The position numbers and the translations under genes were made by a program. The notes under the pieces were generated by a model. That model was not told where the DNA came from, made no database searches, and saw only the letters and a list, made by a program, of their open reading frames with translations. A stretch of DNA of 57,625 nt, counting the filler, from Sphacelaria rigidula (lineage: Eukaryota): the NCBI GenBank assembly GCA_964200075.2. It is 4 parts of 4 records of this genome, joined end to end, with 100 filler letters (N's around TTAATTAATTAA, not from the genome) between each part and the next. Parts side by side here need not be neighbours in the genome. Positions count along the whole stretch, not along the records: positions 1 to 14,335 come from CAXNAA020002308.1; positions 14,436 to 28,769 come from CAXNAA020002309.1; 2 more parts are not named here. The stretch is one strand, 5' to 3'. Of the stretch, positions 12,991 through 24,400 are shown piece after piece (positions within the stretch are counted from its first letter, which is position 1; each line of letters begins with the position of its first letter).

Positions 12991-13915
12991 ATGACCGTAT
13001 CAGACGCACATACGCAGCGCAAAGTGCAGCTTGAAAGCCCAGCGACAATCGAAGAGGTAAAAAAAATCATACCGCACGCATTTATGATCTTTTGTTTTTT
13101 GCTGCAGATAGCTTTGACTCTTCTCGCGCAATCTCCCGCAATGTTGCCGTATAACACCCCCCCATCTACACTTGATGGTATGTTCAAAGTTGGTTTTTTG
13201 GCAGGCAAGGCCTCCAACCCGGCTCTCCCTGCAAATGTGCCGTTTTTCGAAGAATCTCGATTATATGCTGTCCATGATGTGAGGTTTTTTTGTCGGCGAC
13301 GCTGCAGGTTTGGAGAAAATCTAGTTTGGAACATGGATCGTGAGTATCCTCGTACCGGCTGGTCACTGAGATTGTTATACCGTGAAGCCTCTCGAGGTGC
13401 CCGCCTGAACCGTGCTCGCGACACCTCTTTCAAAGCAATTGATTGCAAGATTGCAGAGACGCCGACAGCAAGATGACGCTGCCGACTGTATCGTGCCGTG
13501 AAATGAACAAGAGATATATTCAGCCGACGAAATAAGGCTTTCACAACAAAAGCATGCCGTGCGGTGCTGGCACTTATTTTTTCAGGTGCGAGACACAGTC
13601 CATTTTGTCTTGAACTCGCCGGTCAACGCCCGAAACCCTCACAGCACTGTTGTTTTTCAACTCCCCCCGCCCCACCCCATCCCCATCCCCCATCCCCCAT
13701 CCTCTACCCCGCGCGGCAACTGCCAGGTAATATGTAATGCGAAAGGCACGGGCCATTTTGGCCAGCTCATGAAACTCGCAGTTGGTCTCGCAATAGGAAC
13801 GGACGGCATCGAGGTCACCCTGTTGAGTTACCTCGTACCGTGCGTGGCCGTGGACTGGGATCTATCGAGCTTGCAAAAGGGATCTCTGACCGCTTCCGTA
13901 TTCGCTGGAGAGTTG
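12991..13915 (+). CDS. MFS transporter, SVOP/organic-cation-transporter-like, first two coding exons (gene cut by the scaffold end)
   Basis: Exon 12991 (or acceptor at 12955) to 13056, MTVSDAHTQRKVQLESPATIEE|gtaaaa, joins in phase 0 to exon 13727-13915, ccAG|VICNAKGTGHFGQLMKLAVGLAIGTDGIEVTLLSYLVPCVAVDWDLSSLQKGSLTASVFAGEL|gtgaga. This matches the SVOP-type pattern TVEE..i..GfG.Fq....GL...D.mE..LLS.L.P....W.L......l...vF.G.l. Confidence 0.75.
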
Positions 13916-14335
13916 GTGAGAGGCGAGACACGGGCAGAGTCAAGGGCGGGCAAGGGGGAAAAGCACAGTACAATGCAGCAGTTAGCCCAGTCGCGGGTTT
14001 GCCCGTGCTTTACGTACGCGCTGTACTGACTGTTGTACTCTTGTATACTCTATAATGTTAGGTTGAGCATGCGGAGCAATTCTTTTTTTATTATTATGTT
14101 TCGTAGAGACACCGGAATCAGTTCGATGCCATTTGGGCACGGTTTTCCGAGATCGCATGCTGCAGTGCGGAGTTGAAGTTTGCAGGCCCACGCGCTGGCA
14201 AATATTCAGATTCGTAGCCTGAAATTTCGTATGAAAAATGCGCAGGGCATGAAAAAAAAAATACGAGTGCACCTTAGGCCGCTTCCTATAATGGACAAGA
14301 ATTTAAATCCAGAAAAATGTCTTTTTGGAGCTTTT

Positions 14336-14435
14336 NNNNNNNNNNNNNNNNNNNNNNNNNNNNNNNNNNNNNNNNNNNNTTAATTAATTAANNNNNNNNN
14401 NNNNNNNNNNNNNNNNNNNNNNNNNNNNNNNNNNN
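14336..14435. other. Artificial scaffold spacer N44-TTAATTAATTAA-N44
   Basis: Exactly 100 bp with a six-frame-stop 12-mer at 14380-14391; identical to the other two spacers. Confidence 0.98.
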
Positions 14436-14593
14436 GGGTGGAAGGGGGCGGTGGGTGGTTTTTTGTTTTTTGGCAAGTTTCAGTTTAGGGCCTTGTGGTT
14501 TTTTTGCCCCCCCCCGTCCCCCCCCCCCCCCCCCCCCCGCGCGCGCCTGCCTCTTTTTCAACGTACTGCCCCTTCTCTGCCCTTCCCTTCCAG

Positions 14594-17500
14594 GTGGACC
14601 TACCACGTAGACCTCGCGCAGATGACCCAAACGAACGTTTCGCATCCGGGGCGCAAGATCCGTCACATTCGGCGAAACTTCGGGCGCAAGCTTCCTAACA
14701 CTGCCCCCGGGTCGAGTAGCGGCAAGGTATGTGCTTGAAATTTGTGGGGGCTACTGCATCGCACAGCCTAGCTACTGTATTTTCAACTGGCTACTGCGGG
14801 CAGGCTTCATCATGCTCTTGTGTTCTAGTTTTAAGATTCTGGGTCCGTGAGTGTAGTGTGGAGCGTGCACAGGTTGATGAGTTCTGGAGATGGTGAGTCT
14901 ATCCTTGGGGGACTAAATAGACAGCCACACAACAGTATTACACACCCTGGACAAAATAATACATGATGAAAAAATATACTGCGTACAGTATCGACTATTG
15001 CGTCTATTGCAATAGACAATAGATTCCATGCTGTGTGCAGTACACTTTTTGACAATAGAATCTATATTGTCCAGGGTGTGCAATATTGTAGCAGATGTTG
15101 GTCCTGAGAAATGATCGTCGTCGATGTCGTCTGGGCGACGGGAAGGAAAATTCGGAGTCACCCAGGAACGTCGAGAACGTGCTTTTGAGAACCGTTGATA
15201 CGTCTTTGTGTTTTATTTCGGGTCGTTTTCCAGTGCTGACGATTTGTCATACTCCGGAGTATGATATTTTGAGAAAGTGGGGGATTTCCGGTTGGAGTAC
15301 CATTTAACGAACATTTCGGCATGGTTCGGTATGGTATCGAGCCCGGGTCCGAACACTCCGGTCTGGCCCGGAAGGATATTTGTTGGTAAAATTGCTCTCT
15401 TCACTTCTGTAAATATCAAACGTTACGCTCGTTACGCGTCACGTCGTGTCACGTTTCACGTCAAAAGTTAAGCCAGGCTAGTACTACGGTGGGGGACGGG
15501 GACCATGTGGGGAGCCCTGGTTTGACTTTACTTTTGAACATTGTGACAAAAAGTTAACACCCCCAACCACAATGCGCGGGCAGGCGGCGAGCGCCAAGGG
15601 CAAAGGCAAGGCCACGCCTCCAGTCCAAGGGAAAGGAAAAGGAAAAGGAAAAGGCAAAGGCAAAGGCAAAGGCAGTGCTGTCGCTGCGGCGGTCTCCACG
15701 GCCGAGGTGGATGTACACTGCCCCAAGGCCGGAAACAAGGGCGTGTCCGTCGTGGCGGGATACGATGCCAAGATGAACCAGACCAACATCTCGGCCAACA
15801 ACAACAAGTTTTACATCTTGCAGGTGTGTGCATAGGTGTAGGCGTGGAGGAGTCATGCTACGATAGGGGGAAAGGGGGGGGGGGAGGGGGGCGTACTCAT
15901 TTGGTGCTTGCCTTAGTCGTTTGACTCATTGACCACGCATCCCTCTCGAGACGGAGCACCGTTCGTACTCCTAGTAGAGACACCTCCAGCATCCCCGCGC
16001 TCATTACATTTCTTCCATATTTTACATTAGACAAAAACCTGTTAACATATCTTATCCCCGTCCTGTTTTGCGGTCTGTGGCCACCATCTATCTCCTAGTA
16101 CCGTCATCTCTCATGGGTGTGTCAGACGACCCAGTGCACTCGCGTTGCGCTTTTATTCGGGTAAAATCGGTGTCAAGCTGTATGGACGAGCATTATTTCT
16201 CGGTAACGAGCGCGCCCGAACAACCTTTGCTGCTTCCAACGAATATTAGAAGTGAAATGTCGTGGACGAAAGGGATCAAAATACCCCCCCCCCACCCCAC
16301 CCCCTCATCGTAGCATGACTCGGAGGTAGCTTCTGTTGACTTTGGTCATAGCGATCGACCCAACACGCGACTTTTGTACCCCTTTCGCGCCCGTGATTTG
16401 TTGAGTGGTTCTACTCTTGTGACCTTATCCAATGGGTTGAGTACTCGTAGTTGTAATCCAGTCTTGTGTATTTTGTTTCGTTGTACGTGCACATGTTAGG
16501 CTGCTTCTTATAACAGACAAAAATATATTTATGGAAAAGTGCATTTTTGGTGTTGTTACACCGTTTTACGCCCCAACAGAGAGCTAGGTGCAGTTTGACA
16601 CCTTGGAATGACTTGTTCTACTAGTTGAGGCGGTTCCAGGACCTCGTCCCATTTTCCGGTGGCCGCAGTTTTCATTTTGGCCAAACAAGAATTTCTGCCC
16701 AAGAACCGTAAAAAACAGTCAAATCTAGGGAAAATCGCCACTTTTCTCTGGACATGACTGTTTTTTGTCGTTCTTGAGCAAAAGTGTTTGGCCAAAATAA
16801 AAACTGCGGCCACCGAAAAATGGGAAGATGTTCTGGAACCGCCTCAAGTAGTAAAGCAATTCATCCCAAGGTGTCAAACTCTGCCCACCTCTCTTTAGGG
16901 ACGTGAAACGACGTGAAAGCTCCGAAAAGGGACTTTTCCAGGTTTTTATTTTTGTCTGTTATAAGAAGCGGCCTTACACGTACAGACGGAAGCAGCCACA
17001 ACACTAGGCAGGATATATTTTACCTATAGTCGATATGAATGTGCCTTGGATAAGTATGATAAGTGCTTGCTGCCTACCGTTTTTTGTTGGTGTACATATC
17101 ATTATCATAGTGTACATTTCGTCCCCTTTTTTGTCGCTTTAGTGCTGTTGTTGCTGAGGTTGGTAGTCGTGAAAGATTTGATTCTTGCTCTGGCTTTTTT
17201 GTGTACTGGTTTTTGGTTTTGCTCTTCCCACACAAAATAGGGGGGAGGGGGGGCGTACTCATGATCATGCATGCCATGATCATTAGACCATTGACGTCGC
17301 ATCTTTACAAAGTCGGGACACGGAGGGGACAGGGGGTGAATGTTGAGGGGAGGGAGTAGTTTTTGCTCCTGTTTTTTTTTTGTTCATGTTGCTGCTGAAC
17401 AGAGAATGCTTCTGTACCGCATTTTTCAACGACTACCACACCCAAAGGGCACGTGATGCGACGTTCCCCTTGAAATGTCTTCAGCTTGACGTTGGGTATC

Positions 17501-20500
17501 ACGTACACCAGGCTAAAAGTCATGTGGCCCACACTTTCCCCCTGAAACGTGCTCGTGCTCTGTGTCTGCTTCAGCGTATGTCGGATATTTTGACGTCAGA
17601 ATCCGTGACCTGAACTCAACCCTGTATCCGGATGGTGTCTGCGACGATTTACGTTACATAGTTTGCCTAGTTGAGGAAAGAGTGCATACTAAAGCTGGAT
17701 TCGTATGCATGAATGTGGGTCGGCATTATTGTCATCCTTTTACCCCGAGGGGACCCAAAGCAATGTTCGTACACAATGGTTGATGGGAAATATCATGGAA
17801 TGTTACAGATTAACGCTAACTCTAACCCTGACCCCGACCCCGACCCAAGGCGCACGAGACCCTCGGGCAAGGTGGGTGCACAGGCTCCCCTAGGCGAAGT
17901 GTGCGCGTTGGCAGACCTCAAATCGGCGCCGCAGGCACTGATTTCACCAAAAAATTGTTCTGGACGAGCTGGTCCACTGCTCACCTGCCCCGAACCATAA
18001 GTTTTCTCAGAACTGTCTTCAGTCTAAAAATCAAGTAGGCATCCCTGTCAACCAGTGTGTACGAATATTTCTTTAGATATACTGTTTACCCCCCCCCTCC
18101 CTTTCCGGAGGGTAAGTGTAGTCATGATCTTGCATCCGATAGACATTAGACAACTGACGTCGCATCCTACAAAGCCGGCGGGGGTCATCAATTGGGTTCT
18201 TCGTAGTCATTTTCCACGTGAAAAATTATGGCGATTTAAGAGATGACCCTACCCTGACGGTCCAACGGTTGGATGTCTGGTGCATTATATATATATGTAT
18301 ATATCTAAGATTACCATGTTTGTATTACCATATTTACCGTTCAGTTGACCTTCATCCATGCCATATTGGCACTTTGCCAGTCTAGTGAGCAGAGACGACT
18401 ACGCTAGTAATATGGGATGTCGTGTTACATTGCATCTTGTGGGGGTAGGGGTGAGGCACGGGAGGGGTCTTCGTCATCGTTTTCCTTGGATATATATATA
18501 TATATATATGTATATGCTGTTTTTAATAAATGTTCCGAAACGACCATCGTAATACGCGAATATGTAAATATATATATATTTAGTATATATATTTGTCAAG
18601 ACTTCAAAATGATGGATGATGGATGATGGTCATAATAGGGAGCATTTGAAAAATGAACCACCCATATTTCACGGATTTTTACTTCTTGATGTGTTTCTCT
18701 CTGCCACGCCACGAACGAACCTTGTGCCGTCCATGGACCACAGATGTGCCGCGACGACGGCCGCCGGAACTGGTTCGTGTGGTCCCGGTGGGGCAGAGTG
18801 GGGGAGAACGGAGCCTCGGCCGAACTCGGGCCGTTTTCCGACGAGGGAGATGCGTCCAAAGCGTTCGAGAAGAAGTTCAGGGACAAGACGGGCAACAAGT
18901 GGGAGGTGAGTAACGCGAGGGCGTGCCGTGTAGGGTATACCCGATATTATCTTATTTTTTAGAAGTGAAGGTTTGACCCGTGCCCACAGTAGCAGCCAGC
19001 CCAGTGCTGTGCTGTGCTGTGCTGTGCTGGGCTGTTGTTCCCCCCTCTATAAAACAAAGCCCGCACAAGTCATGGCGACTGACTTGGGCTGGTGATGTGC
19101 GACTTTTCAAAATGCCAACATATATCGGGTACACCCGATTTTGCCCGACACGCCCTTGGAGTAATGCTATCGACCGGCCGCACCACTTCTACACTCTACG
19201 GTGACTTCCCTTGACTCTTTGTCGGCCGGGCATGTGCTGCGCTGTTTCCCCGTCATGAATGAGTTGAGTATTCATTACTGTTGCCCTTCTCTCTTAGTAT
19301 ATGCTTATATGTAAATGTATATGTACTTTTAACGGTCTTTGTTTCAATATTTGTACTTCCTCGGAGACATAAGTTAGCTCGATTATGGTGCGCAGATCAT
19401 ATCTTTGAACGGAAGAGCGTGCGATGCGATAGTTAGATCCATTGCAAAGCTACAGTCACGGAGATGCTCATGATAAAAAACTAAAAAAGTCATATTTGCT
19501 ATTATTGAGAATCTGTGGGTTTTAAACACCCTGTTTTGGCCAATACTTTGGGATTGTTTTTAGAATGTTTTTGAAAATGTTCTCTGACACTTTTTTGAGA
19601 ACACTTGAAAAAACCGCGATGGAGACCATAAGCACCCCCCCCGCCAGCGGGGCGTTGAGGTTTCATTGGGCCGCCGCTATGGGCTGGCGATGGAGGTAGC
19701 GCTGGCCATTCCGCCAGGCAAAGTAAGGCTGCCCAAGGGCGTTGCAGGCCCCCTCGCCCAGCGCTACGGTGTCGACCCTGAATACCCCGCACAGCTTTGG
19801 AAAAGCTGGAAAGGGCAGACCTTTCAACCAAACCTCGTAGCGGGCGGCCGTCGCTGCTTACTCCAATGAAGAAGGCTACAGACACTGCGGACGGTAATAT
19901 GGTGTTTTTTCGCCCCCGGAAAAGGGGCGAAATATGGCCTTTTTTGGGCCGACTGTTTTCTTGGGCCACATGCCCATGCAGGAAGCTGCGCAAAAAAAGA
20001 AAAAAGAGAAGGGTTTGAACTCGAAAAATGACGAAGATTCCAAAAACATCATCGCCAACGGCATGGGGTACGGGCAAGGACCGGTGTAAACGTAATCGAG
20101 CTAATTAATGTGTTGGAGGAAGTATAAGCTGTTACTACCTACCAGAGGACACTAGTTATAGTTTTGGCCGGTGTATGTCGTGCGTTTGGATGCCGACGGT
20201 ACAGACGCAAGAGAGAGTCAGAGTCTCTTCTTGGATTTCGGTTTTAGAATGGTACTACGGTAGAGGGGTGCACACATATATTTTCTGAGGTTCGAATTGT
20301 TCGGAGCCCTCTACAGTATCCCATTCGGAAAAACAACTTGTGAAATAGGTTACAGCGCGCTACGATTGAATAACATTTCAATGAGTTAGGGATATCCCGA
20401 ATGACTCACTACTTTCGTGCAGTACCTATCTCCTACCCTGTGGTGGTGGAGGTTGGAGCGGGGTGGGAGTCGGGGGTTAGGTTGGAAGTTGCACGCACTT

Positions 20501-21422
20501 GAGATGGCGACTTTGATGAAGAAACACGGTGATATTGATGATGTGATGAAAAAACGAGTAGCTCTGTTCCCCTTGATCGGGGTGTCTCGCTCATCGTTCA
20601 CTCGTTGGTTTGCACACCAGGACTGCGGGGGATGCGAAACAGTATTCAAGGATAGTTTTGTAAGCTGGCCGCTGACTTGGTCTTCGTGTGCATGATTTGT
20701 GCGTGTCGCACAAATTATTATTGGGCTCTGTTCGCGACTTACTAGCTAGCTCCTTTGCGTCACTGCAAGTTGGGCATGCGGGGTAATGGTAAATCATGGC
20801 CCTTGGACTTTATCTGACCCATGGTCATTTTTTATCATTATTTTTTTGCCTTCTTGAACCTATGGTCATCGGATCTCTTCTTTAGAATCATCATCCAGGA
20901 TTAATTGTGATTCGTGCTAGCTGTGAAACAACCCCCCCATCCCCCTGAAGACATGAATGAAATGTGCTCCTACTCAGGACATGGTTGCCTCTGCTCTCGC
21001 TCTGGCGCGAATATCTATATGTTCCTCTGTTCTCCATCAGGACGCCAAGCAGGGGAATTTCACTGCCTACTCCGGAAAGTACGAGCTGATCGAGACCGAT
21101 AGCAACGATACCACGGTGCCGGCTGCTCTGGCCAACAGTGGAGCGGGTGCTGGCGGGAGCAGCGCGAGCTCTTCCGGTCCTCCCGCGAAAGTTTTGCCGT
21201 GCACGCTTGACAGCGCCACCAAGGCGCTAGTGGAGCTGGTCTTCAAGTGAGCGAGAGGGTCCCGAGATGTCGTGGACGTTTTTTGCTGAGAACGACGCTA
21301 CCCCATCTAGCATTGGTTGATATATCGCACGGTTAGGACAAATGGTCACCACTCAAAATCACCAATTTCACGATTTCTTCGGCCTGATTGCCCAAAAGGG
21401 AAACAAAAGTTGATCGCTGCTT

Positions 21423-21455
<33 letters not shown>

Positions 21456-24400
21456 GCTGCTGCTGCTGCTGCTGCTGTTATCTTCGTTGTTGTTTTTTAT
21501 TTTGGGCTCGTGTTTCAGCGAGGACATGTTCAAGTCTGCTATGAGCACCCTGAACGTGGACATCAAGAAAATGCCCCTCGGACAGCTCAGCAAGGCTCAG
21601 GTGCAGCGCGGCTACACTGTGCTGGAAGAGTTGGAGGACACGCTCAACAGTAACGGTCGCAACAGGGCTGCCATGTTGGAGGATCTCTCGGCTAGGTTTT
21701 ATCAGGTAGGAGTACCGTTCTCTAGTCTATGTATCTATGTATTTATGTATATGCTTGTGGCTTTCGTTGGGGGTGGCGGTGAAGCCATATACTTCGATTA
21801 TAAATGGGAAATATGACTTGTATGATCCCCCTGATCTGGATAAACGAAGGAGCCCGGTGCGTCAACCCCGTCCCCCCTCCCACCCCCCTACATTTTTGTG
21901 CTCTCATGTACGCAAATCAGGTCATCCCGCACTCGTTCGGTCGCCAGAGGCCACCGGTGATCAACTCCGCTGACATGCTCCGTGAAAAGGTGGGACTAGA
22001 GATGTATATTTCCGTATCAGACACGGCAAAACGTCCCGCAGGATATGTTACTTTTTACATAACCTCCTAAATTATAGTGTGTGCACTGCCATATATTCTG
22101 TGAGACTACACAGTAATATGTACTCACATTTATTGTGCGACCGGTTAGCGTCGTGAATACAGTACTCATTTGCATCTCTCCTACAAGAGAAGGGTAAGTG
22201 GATAATCTTTCCCGTGGGATGCTATGGTAGGGGTGCACAAATATTTTCTGAGGTTGGATTCGTTTGGAGCCCTTTCTCTAATCCAACACACAACTTATGA
22301 AATATGTGAGAGTACGCCAGGATTCCTATTCCAATGTGCTTGAGATGCCCCGAATGGATTTGCAAACGGGATTGCCCTGACCCATATTCGTGTGCATCTA
22401 GAATCGTGAGGAGCCCCCGAACTAGACATTTTTTTTCGCAAAAGTGCGCCCCTACCGTAGCATTGCTCTTCCGTAAGGATGTAATCGCGACTTCCTCTCT
22501 GGCCTTCTTGATACGGATTTTTTTTATCTGATACCCTCTGTCGTATAATTTTCGTTTTTCGTTTTTCGTTTGATTTTAGAGTCTCCAGGAGAGTCGGCTC
22601 AATGGGCTCTTCTGTCTGAATTTAAGGAATAGTAGTAGTGACGGTACTGGACAGGCGAGCCCACGTCGGTGACCGCGGGTTCGAGAGGTCGAGCTAATGT
22701 GTGGAAATTGTAATAATAATAATGTGATGTAGTATATAATACAAGGTTCCCCTTCAGGAGGTTGGTACGAGCCTCCCGGGGGTGACGCAAGTCGAAAACA
22801 TATGGTTAACCCTAAGACCGCGATGCGGGTAGTCCATCTGGATCACGCATACTTTTCCCAGTGACATTGATGCCGATTCAGCAGGTGACCTACCCTCGCG
22901 GTCAGAGGTTTAAAAGAGGTTGTTGTATCTCAGTGTACAGTGGTGATCGTGGCTGTACAAAACATCGCATGTGCTATCGCATGTCGTTCGGAAATATGGG
23001 AATTCGGACGGACGCCGACGGGGGAACCGCCGGCGTAAGACATGTGTGGTATTCTCGAGGTGCCAGAGTGCGAAGTAGCTCTAGTGCCACAAAGACACGA
23101 CAGCGGGAAGCACTTCCCGAAAAATTGGAATGCATGAAACATTCTTGGCATGTTCGTTGTACATCACTGTGGCTTCCACATCACCGGGCCTTTTTTTAAA
23201 ACAGGGTGATTATTTTTCGCGGCAAAACATTCCTGTGCTGCCGTGCTGCTGTGCCTTGTTCAACTCGCCAACGGCCCATTGCACGGTCTTGTGTTAGCTG
23301 GTGACTAAGGCCAAGGCAATGTTCAATTGTTTTCAACTGCTTTGCTCTCATGTTCTCGTGACATCGGCGGCACAACTGGTGTGTTCGTGCTCCCAAATGA
23401 ACGAGAACGCGACAAAGAGAAACACGGGGAAAAATACCTCGCCAAAAGTAATCCTGTTTGCAGTTTTCTATGATCTTCAACAGGCTTTTGTGGTTCGGTT
23501 TCCTGTTTCAAGTTTTCCATAATCTTGAAAAGGCTTTCGTGGTTTGGGATCCACACGCCGCAAAAAAGAGCCAGTTTGAACGACTTTCGGTGGTCAGAAC
23601 ACGCGCCACAGGTATCAGATGACACCCAAATCTGAACGGTAATGTACCGCTGAGCCCTCTTAGTGCGCTGCAAAAGAAGGAGCGGGAAAATATGCCTTGC
23701 CGCCAGAGAAGACTCGGCAAAAGTGGTGAAAAGTGTGAAATGATACATGTACATATAATAAAAGATAATATTAGTATTTATTTAATTATATCTGTATTTT
23801 TCTTGCCCACCTTTTTTTATTGGTTTACGTGTTTCGGTTTGTGGAATATTGAACAATCCAGGTGGAGCTGTTGAACGTGCTCCAGGACATCGACGAGGCG
23901 CAGTCCATGCTTTCATCCAAGGGCAGCGGCTCTTCTGGGAAGGCCAAGAGCAAGGGGGCCAAGGCCTCGGCTGTTCCCACGGTGCCTCACCCCACAAATG
24001 TCAACTACGATCTCTTGAAGGCGGACCTCAAGCTCGTCCCTTCCAAGTCTCAGGAGTACAAGACAATCAAGTGAGACGTTCGGCATCGATGTAGATGTTG
24101 GTGTATATTACGTGTCGTCGCATTCAGCATGAGTACGGAGGTCTCTCCCGGTGAACACTTCTCATGGAGGGACTGGGCACATTGGCAACGGTGTTGTATT
24201 CCCGCTTGATGAAGAGGAAATAATGTAGGCAGAAATAACCTCCCACAACGTCGCCGAACATTATGTTCATTCAGAACAAGTTCCCAAAATGTTGTCCAAC
24301 ATCTTGTTCATTCAGGACAAGTTCCCAAAATGTTGTCCAACGTCTTGTTTATTCAGGACAAGTTCCTAAAATGTTGATTCATGTAGAGCAACTTCCCCCC

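Noticed and set aside
13727-14726. Possible MFS transporter-WWE-PARP fusion gene (same strand, ~700 bp apart)
   Set aside because: A synthetic scaffold spacer (14336-14435) lies between the exons and the phases are incompatible (0 versus 2).
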